Source: a bacterium
Lineage (GTDB): Bacteria; Patescibacteriota; Minisyncoccia; Phycocordibacterales; UBA9973
Length of the DNA stretch: 64,000 bases
Reading direction: 5' to 3'
Assembly: GCA_027484965.1 (NCBI GenBank)
Contig: JAIXRY010000008.1
Coordinates: forward strand, 1,069-65,068
Made by a program: the position numbers and the translations under genes. How positions within the stretch are numbered: position 1 is the first letter of the stretch; the number at the start of each line of letters is the position of its first letter. Positions 57,925-64,000 of the stretch are shown piece after piece. The notes under the pieces were generated by a model. That model ran no database searches and had not been told where the DNA came from. It saw nothing but the letters and a program-made list of their open reading frames with translations.

Positions 57925-58237
57925 ATTTTTGTAGTATTTCTTGTGTATCTTTAATTATATCTTCAAAAGAAACATTTTTAGCTTCTTTTTTAAGAGTTAT
58001 AATACCTATATAATTACTTACTGGATTTATTTTAATAGAACCATAAATACTTCTTTTTAAATAATTTCTATTTACAGCAAGAGGAATAACAGATTTTGGT
58101 ACAACAACAGAAAAACGGCTTATTTGATAATCGCCGTAATTAATTCTAAGACTTATATAAGTTCCATGAAATATCTTTGATTTTTTGAAGACTTCCAGGA
58201 AAAGCGCTTTATCTAAGCGATTTTTCTTTGGAATCAT
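57911..58237 (-). CDS. rnpA: Ribonuclease P protein component
   Basis: Basic N-terminus, RnpA fold motifs (RLDKALFLEVFK...SRFSVVVPKSV...AVNRNYLKR). Confidence 0.85.
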   Translation of the reverse strand: MIPKKNRLDKALFLEVFKKSKIFHGTYISLRINYGDYQISRFSVVVPKSVIPLAVNRNYLKRSIYGSIKINPVSNYIGIITLKKEAKNVSFEDIIKDTQEILQKYAPK

Positions 58238-58240
58238 AGA

Positions 58241-58375
58241 CTAAACAGTGAGCTTTGCACGTCCTTTTTGGCGACGACGTTTAAGAACATTTCTTCCATT
58301 TGGAGTTGCAGAACGCACCAAAAACCCATGAGTTACTGCGCGCTTTCGTTTTTTTGGTTGGTAGGTCTGTGACAT
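58241..58375 (-). CDS. rpmH: 50S ribosomal protein L34
   Basis: Missing from the ORF track (below its length cutoff). Manual translation: [44 protein letters not shown]. Confidence 0.9.
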   Translation of the reverse strand: MSQTYQPKKRKRAVTHGFLVRSATPNGRNVLKRRRQKGRAKLTV

Positions 58376-58583
58376 ATTTGCTATTTATACACCATTTAGC
58401 AAAAAAATTCAAGTGTTTTTTAATTTCACCAATAAAAAACAAAATAAGTGGTGGTCAAATTTTAAATACAACTTATATTATAAGGCTTTAATAACTTATA
58501 CACATAATTCACAAGTTATTAACACATATTTTATAACTTTTGAAGTTTTACACATTCTCACAGGGAGTATAATAAGTAACATT

Positions 58584-59918
58584 ATGGAAGACCACAAACA
58601 ACTCTGGGATAGCTGTCTGATAGAAATAGAGTCTAACACTAATAAAGCCAATTTTAATACTTGGTTTAAAAACACTTCTCTTATTAAACAAGAAGATGGA
58701 GTTGTTTATATAGGAGTTCCTAATGATTTTGTTAAGGAATGGCTTGCAACAAAATTTCACAAACTTATCTTAAAAACACTAATGAACTACACAGAAAATA
58801 TACGTTCTGTAGAGTATTCAATTATAAAAATTCAAGAGAAAGAAAAAAATGAACAAAAAGAGTTTTTTGGTTCTCTTCCTTTAAATGATTTATATATAAA
58901 CAAAGAAGATAATCTTAATCCAAGATATATATTCGATAATTTTATTGTTGGTTCTTTTAATGAGCTTGCACATGCAGCAGGTATAGCTATAAGTCAAAAC
59001 CCTGGAAAAACGTATAACCCCTTCTTTGTTTATGGAAATACAGGTCTTGGGAAAACTCACTTAATTCAAGCAATAGGAAATACAGTAAAGCTAAAAGATT
59101 CTAGTAAAAAAGTACATTATATTACTCTAGAAAAATTCTATATAGAGTGTGTTGGTGCTATCCAGTCAAATAAAATAAACATGTTTAAGGAGAAGTATAG
59201 AAAATATGATCTTCTTATAATAGACGATATCCAATTCATTACGAACAAAACAAAAACTCAAGAAGAGTTGTTCCATGTATTCAATACATTATATGAATCT
59301 GGTAAACAAATTGTATTCTCTTCAGATAAGCACCCTAACTTTATTACAGGACTTGAAGATCGTCTCAAATCTCGCTTTACACAGGGGATGATTGTAGAAG
59401 TGATGGAACCAGAATACGAGTCACGTCTTGCAATCCTGAAGGCAAAATTAGCCCAAAATGGGACTATTATACCTGATGACGTAATTGAGTATATCGCAAA
59501 CGCAATAGAAGGTAACATTCGTGAACTAGAAGGCAATTTAAACACTATTATTTGCCAAGTACAACTAAAAAATAAGCCTATCGAAATAAATGATGTTAAA
59601 CATCTTCTAAAAAATACAATTAAACCAAAAAAACAAGTAGCTATTGAAGATATTGTTAAAACAATTGCTAATTTCTATGGAGTAGAAGAGACTGCTATAT
59701 ACGAAAAAACAAGAAGAAAAGAGATTGTTCATGCAAGACAAATTATTATGTATATATTACGTGAAGAATTTAATGTTTCATTTCCTTTAATCGGTCAAAG
59801 ACTTGGAGGTAAAGACCATACAACAGTTATTCATTCATGTACAAAAATTAAAAATGATTTAAACAAAGAACCTGATCTGTGTCATGAAATAGATAAAATA
59901 AAAATACTTTTTAAATAA
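58584..59918 (+). CDS. dnaA: Chromosomal replication initiator DnaA
   Basis: Domain I WDSCLIEIE, AAA+ Walker A GNTGLGKTHL, Walker B LLIIDDIQF, C-terminal DNA-binding domain (GGKDHTTVIHSCTKI). Start set at MEDHKQLW. Confidence 0.9.
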   Translation: MEDHKQLWDSCLIEIESNTNKANFNTWFKNTSLIKQEDGVVYIGVPNDFVKEWLATKFHKLILKTLMNYTENIRSVEYSIIKIQEKEKNEQKEFFGSLPLNDLYINKEDNLNPRYIFDNFIVGSFNELAHAAGIAISQNPGKTYNPFFVYGNTGLGKTHLIQAIGNTVKLKDSSKKVHYITLEKFYIECVGAIQSNKINMFKEKYRKYDLLIIDDIQFITNKTKTQEELFHVFNTLYESGKQIVFSSDKHPNFITGLEDRLKSRFTQGMIVEVMEPEYESRLAILKAKLAQNGTIIPDDVIEYIANAIEGNIRELEGNLNTIICQVQLKNKPIEINDVKHLLKNTIKPKKQVAIEDIVKTIANFYGVEETAIYEKTRRKEIVHARQIIMYILREEFNVSFPLIGQRLGGKDHTTVIHSCTKIKNDLNKEPDLCHEIDKIKILFK

Positions 59919-60129
59919 TACATATGTGTATAACTTGTTGAAAAATATGGATTAATAGTTAATAACATTTAATATAGATTAGTTACAAACATCTATTCAA
60001 TTTATTCACTTACTTAATTCACAATGTAAAAAATCTATAAACGTATTAAATAAAAGATATTATTAAGTAATCCACATATCCACAGAGTTATTATTAGGAT
60101 GTTTTTAAAAAATAAGGAAAAATAAATAT
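59919..60129. promoter_or_regulatory. Probable oriC (dnaA-dnaN spacer with tandem DnaA boxes and an AT-rich unwinding region)
   Basis: TAATCCACA (60068-60076) and ATATCCACA (60076-60084) head-to-tail; flanking AT-rich tracts; canonical rpmH-rnpA-yidC/dnaA-dnaN synteny. Confidence 0.6.
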
Positions 60130-61233
60130 ATGAAAGCAGAATGTTCAGTGGAAAAAATTAAAGAAGCACTTACTCAAGTAGAGAGAATTACAGGTAAAAA
60201 TCTAACACTCCCTATCTTAAGTGCTGTACTTATTATTGTTTCTAAAAATCAATGTAAGTTACGTTCTACAAATCTTAGTATAGGAATTGAAATAGATATA
60301 CCAGCAAAAGTAACAGAAGAAGGTGTTGTTGCTGTAAAAGGTGATATTATTGCTCAATTTTTTAATACAATAAAAACACAAGGAACAATAACTCTAGAAA
60401 GCGTTAATGATAACCTTGTAATTACAACAAAAGAAAGTAGTTCAACAATAAAATGTCTTCCTTCTGAAGATTTTCCTACTATTCCGGTTGTTGAGTCTGT
60501 AGAGTATTTAATTCAAAATAAGAAATTTATTGATGGAATTCGTTCTGTATATTACAGTGCTTCTATTTCAGATATAAAACCAGAGATAGCGAGTATTTAT
60601 ATTTATAAAAATCAAGAAGATTTGGTTTTTGTTGCTACAGACTCATTTCGTCTTGCTGAAAAGAAAATAAAAATAAATTCACAAGTAGAATTTCCAGAAA
60701 TACTTATACCTTTTAAGAATGTTGTAGAAATAATTCGTGTTCTTCAAGATGGAACGGGGGATTTGATTGTAAGAGCAACTAAAACTCAAATATCATTTAC
60801 AGATAAAGAAAGGGGTATATACTTAACATCTCGTATTATTGATGGTATTTTCCCGGACTATAAACAAATTTTACCAAAAGAGCATATAACAGAAGTTACT
60901 GTATTAAAACAAGATTTACTTCAAGCTTTAAAATTATCGAATATTTTTAGTGATAAGTTTAATCAAATTATCTTGAAAGTTGATACTGAAAGTAAATTTT
61001 TGGAAATAGATTCAAAAAATAATGATGTTGGAGAAAATACTATAAAAGTTAATATAAAATGTTCTGGAGAAAATATTTCAATGAGTTTTAATCAAAAATA
61101 TTTTTTAGACTGTTTTCAATCAATTAGTGAAGACACTGTAGTGCTTCACTTTACTCAAACAAATAGACCTATGACGATTACGGGCGGCGTAAATAATTCT
61201 TTCCTCTATCTTGTAATGCCTCTAAATAGATAG
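60130..61233 (+). CDS. dnaN: DNA polymerase III beta sliding clamp
   Basis: Three-domain clamp of ~367 aa; typical N-terminus (C.VEKIKEALTQVERITGKNLTLPILSAVLI). Confidence 0.85.
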   Translation: MKAECSVEKIKEALTQVERITGKNLTLPILSAVLIIVSKNQCKLRSTNLSIGIEIDIPAKVTEEGVVAVKGDIIAQFFNTIKTQGTITLESVNDNLVITTKESSSTIKCLPSEDFPTIPVVESVEYLIQNKKFIDGIRSVYYSASISDIKPEIASIYIYKNQEDLVFVATDSFRLAEKKIKINSQVEFPEILIPFKNVVEIIRVLQDGTGDLIVRATKTQISFTDKERGIYLTSRIIDGIFPDYKQILPKEHITEVTVLKQDLLQALKLSNIFSDKFNQIILKVDTESKFLEIDSKNNDVGENTIKVNIKCSGENISMSFNQKYFLDCFQSISEDTVVLHFTQTNRPMTITGGVNNSFLYLVMPLNR

Positions 61234-61234
61234 T

Positions 61235-61519
61235 ATGGACCATATAGACGGGTTTTTAGGGGGAGTGCTTGGTAGAATTAAAAAGAATTTTGTTTTTAAA
61301 ACAAAAATGTTTATTCTTATAAAAGAAATATACGGAGATATTTTAGAAGAAAAAGATTTTGAATATGAAGATGGAAAATTATCTTTTTTTTTAAGACCTA
61401 TATTAAAACAAGAAATAAAGTATAAAGAAGAAGAATTGCGCACAAAAATAAATAGTGAATTACATATAACCCTGTCTTCTATACAATATTATTCTCCAAA
61501 AAATAAAACACCTCAATAA
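61235..61519 (+). CDS. Small DUF721/DciA-like protein downstream of dnaN
   Basis: Pattern ...ILEEKDFEYEDGKLSFFLRPILKQEIKYKEEELRTKIN resembles DUF721 (NG.L.V.V.SS.W..EL.F.K.ELL.KIN). Confidence 0.35.
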   Translation: MDHIDGFLGGVLGRIKKNFVFKTKMFILIKEIYGDILEEKDFEYEDGKLSFFLRPILKQEIKYKEEELRTKINSELHITLSSIQYYSPKNKTPQ

Positions 61520-61538
61520 TTGAGGTGTTTTATTTTTT
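61506..61538. terminator. Bidirectional intrinsic terminator
   Basis: aaaacacctcaataattgaggtgtttt. Confidence 0.7.
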
Positions 61539-64000
61539 TAATTATTATATGAGAGAGGTATTACTTTTTCATTTTTATTATATTCTGTATCTACTATAAC
61601 TATTTTTAGATTATTATCTTCATTTAATATATTTTCATCCGGAGTAAAGTCATACATTAAATTAGTGCTCGAACCAATAAATATATTATTTAAAAATACG
61701 TCCATTTTTTTTAATTGTTTATTAGTTAGAGATATTTGAATACTTATTGGAGTATCTTTTTCTATTATAGTGTCTCCTTGGGGTAATAATACTTTAAAAT
61801 CAGGTTTACTGTATTGTGTGTGTATGTTGTCAAAGTATGAGGGTTTTATTGGTGTAAAAATATTATATTGGCCTTTATTTTTAGACCACCAATTTTGAAC
61901 AGCAGTTTCCCAATTATTATATTGTGAATCACTGTTTGGGTTGCTTGGACTAGGGCCTTTAGGGTCGTTTTTATTAACCCAATACAGTATTGAATGTATA
62001 TTAGGTACAACCCTTTCTTCTTTTGTCTCATCAGGTGTGTATTCTGTTGCGAGTCCTCCAGATATTTTATCAATAAAAAATGTTTCTCCACCTTGCCATA
62101 CACCTCGGAGAATTGGTTTTGTATCTAGTGGTATTTCTTGAGGTGGAATAAATTCTTCTCTATCCTTTTTTGTAAGTGCAAATCTCATAAATTCATTCCA
62201 TGTTGGACCAGCAAGAGCTGCACCACCTTTTTTCATTGGAGTGTTATCATTGTTTCCGGCCCACACTCCTGTGACTATGTTAGGAGTATAACCAATCAAC
62301 CATGCATCTTTGTTGTTGTTTGTAGTACCTGTCTTAGCTGCCACATTATATCCTGGTATATAAAGTGCAGAATTTGCTCCGAATGTCGGTATGCGTGCAT
62401 TATTATCACTAAGAACGCTATTAATCAATCTTACTGCTTGGGTGTTAAGTAGTGGGGTGCCGCTTTCTTTATATTCTTCAAGAACTTGCGCGTCTTTATC
62501 TTTAATTTGAAGAATTCCTGTTATTGAGTTTTTTACGCCATCATTTGCAAATATTCCGTATGCATTTGTTATATCAAGTAATGAAACTTCACCACCTCCA
62601 AGTACTAAAGATAGACCATATTGATTTTTATCTCCTGTCATGTTTACACCCATACTACGAGCTTTCCTGAGTGCATCATCAACACCAACAAGATAGAGCA
62701 TCTTAACAGCTGGAACGTTTATTGATTGTTGGAGTGCGTCACGTAGAGTGATAGGGCCTCTGTTTTTGTTGTCATAATTATCTGGCATATAACACTCTTC
62801 TTTTTTGTGACCTGGTTCTGGTTTTCCGTATGGATTACATACAGTAGAAAATTCTGTTGGAACATCAAATACTGTTGTATTTGGTGTATATCCTTTTTCG
62901 AAAGCAGTTTCATAAATAAAAGGTTTGAAGGATGATCCAGGTTGGCGTCTTGCTGTCGCAATATTAAATGCTCCGTCTATTGTTGTATCAAAATAATCTC
63001 TTGAACCTACCATTGCAAGTATCTGACCTGTTTTTGGGTCTATTGAAACAAGACTTTGATTTGTTGCGTTGTATGCCTTTTCGCTTTCTTTTGCATTTCT
63101 ATAAACAATATCTTCAGCTTGTTTTTGTAGTGTATAATCCAATGTTGTGATTACATTTAATCCGCCTGTTTGAATTACATCTGGTCCGTACTTTTCTTCA
63201 AGTTGTTGTTGTATGTAAAATACAAAATGAGGAGCTTTTATTCCTGTTGATTGTTCTGGTTTAAATACAACAACTTCATTTTTTGCATCGTCTCTTTCTT
63301 TTTCTGTAATTATTTTAAGTTCGGCCATTCTATTGAGAACAATATTTTTTCTCTCATCTAACTTTGCTTTATTTTTTTTGTAAGGTGAATAGAGAGTAGG
63401 TGCATTAGGAATAGCTGCCATATACGCAGCTTCTGCGAGTGTTAAATCTTTTGGGTCTTTTCCAAAAAACATACGAGCACCTTCTTTTGCTCCATATACG
63501 GTTCCTCCATATGGATTGTTATTTATATAAAGTTCTAGAATTTGTTCTTTAGAAAAAACAGTCTCAATTTTGTAAGCAAGAACAACCTCTTTTATTTTAC
63601 GAGTTATACTTTTATCTTGTGTAAGAAGTGAATTTTTAATTACTTGTTGAGTAATTGTTGAACCTCCTTGTTTTGCCTTACCACTTGTTAGATTTACTTT
63701 TATTGCTCTAAGTATTGATATTGGTCGGACTCCATTATGTGTATAAAAATTATTATCTTCAATAGCTACCGTTGCTTGAGGTAGCCATTTTCCCATATCT
63801 GCAAAAGGAATTTCTGTTCTTTTTGTATTTATATGAAAGTCATACAAAACAACTCCTCCTGTACGATCGTAGATTTTTGTAGAATTTTCTATACGACGAG
63901 CTTCAAAACTCTTAAAATCAGGTATTTGAGCTGTTGCTACATATATCATAATTCCCGCAATTCCTATAAAGAATATACCTAAAAATAGGAAAAGAGTATT
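61538..64000 (-). CDS. Class A penicillin-binding protein (bifunctional glycosyltransferase/transpeptidase), 5' end beyond the window
   Basis: GT51 motifs (EDNNFYTHNG, GGSTITQQ); transpeptidase SSFKPF, SIN, KTGTT. The in-frame hydrophobic N-terminus continues past position 64000. Confidence 0.85.
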   Translation of the reverse strand, partial: NTLFLFLGIFFIGIAGIMIYVATAQIPDFKSFEARRIENSTKIYDRTGGVVLYDFHINTKRTEIPFADMGKWLPQATVAIEDNNFYTHNGVRPISILRAIKVNLTSGKAKQGGSTITQQVIKNSLLTQDKSITRKIKEVVLAYKIETVFSKEQILELYINNNPYGGTVYGAKEGARMFFGKDPKDLTLAEAAYMAAIPNAPTLYSPYKKNKAKLDERKNIVLNRMAELKIITEKERDDAKNEVVVFKPEQSTGIKAPHFVFYIQQQLEEKYGPDVIQTGGLNVITTLDYTLQKQAEDIVYRNAKESEKAYNATNQSLVSIDPKTGQILAMVGSRDYFDTTIDGAFNIATARRQPGSSFKPFIYETAFEKGYTPNTTVFDVPTEFSTVCNPYGKPEPGHKKEECYMPDNYDNKNRGPITLRDALQQSINVPAVKMLYLVGVDDALRKARSMGVNMTGDKNQYGLSLVLGGGEVSLLDITNAYGIFANDGVKNSITGILQIKDKDAQVLEEYKESGTPLLNTQAVRLINSVLSDNNARIPTFGANSALYIPGYNVAAKTGTTNNNKDAWLIGYTPNIVTGVWAGNNDNTPMKKGGAALAGPTWNEFMRFALTKKDREEFIPPQEIPLDTKPILRGVWQGGETFFIDKISGGLATEYTPDETKEERVVPNIHSILYWVNKNDPKGPSPSNPNSDSQYNNWETAVQNWWSKNKGQYNIFTPIKPSYFDNIHTQYSKPDFKVLLPQGDTIIEKDTPISIQISLTNKQLKKMDVFLNNIFIGSSTNLMYDFTPDENILNEDNNLKIVIVDTEYNKNEKVIPLSYNN

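Noticed and set aside
1-64000. CRISPR arrays, transposases, integrases other than XerC/D, reverse transcriptases/DGRs
   Set aside because: Scanned for regularly spaced short direct repeats and for the signature motifs (DDE, YxDD, HNH). None found; the tandem repeats present are intragenic coding repeats.

Overview
This is an AT-rich (roughly one-third GC), gene-dense bacterial chromosome segment. By inference only, it resembles a reduced-genome CPR/Patescibacteria-like organism: the trigger factor lacks a PPIase domain, there are many secreted orphan proteins, the tRNAs have no encoded CCA, and UUCG-loop intrinsic terminators follow almost every operon.

Housekeeping genes recognised from sequence motifs: nusA, ppa, tig, clpP, rny, hup, cca, xth, xerC/D-type recombinase, rpsO, a NYN nuclease, comM/yifB, a LysM-M23 peptidase, a uvrD/pcrA helicase, rsmA, yidC, yidD, rnpA, rpmH, dnaA, dnaN, a DciA-like protein and a class A PBP. 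There are four tRNAs: Pro-UGG, Gly-UCC, Arg-UCG and Gly-GCC.

The rpmH-rnpA-yidD-yidC / dnaA-dnaN arrangement with DnaA boxes in the dnaA-dnaN spacer marks the chromosomal origin at about 58.3-60.1 kb.

Two accessory loci stand out. (i) At the left edge, a type IV pilus-like pilB-pilC pair sits downstream of an operon of five secreted or membrane orphan proteins that carry unnamed repeat modules. (ii) An 18-kb cluster (39.4-56.9 kb), immediately beside oriC, has the hallmarks of a Gram-positive-style type IV secretion system (T4SS) or DNA-translocation apparatus: a VirB6/TrbL-like polytopic membrane protein, a PrgI/VirB3-like small membrane protein, a VirB4 ATPase split across two reading frames, a lysozyme-like SLT-type hydrolase with a membrane hairpin, and several large secreted Ig-like-repeat proteins. 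No coupling protein or relaxase is present. The Ig-like Cys-containing module is shared between the pilus-locus giant protein and the T4SS-locus protein, which suggests a common surface-appendage toolkit.

Other points worth a second look:
- a four-gene orphan insertion splitting the conserved tig-clpP pair;
- a tRNA-Pro with a duplicated 5' half next to a small kinase-containing islet;
- an unassigned 370-nt GC-rich non-coding stretch after tRNA-Gly (candidate structured RNA);
- a second DnaA-box pair 38 kb from the origin;
- a 1105-aa orphan membrane protein.

No CRISPR array, transposase or reverse transcriptase was seen.
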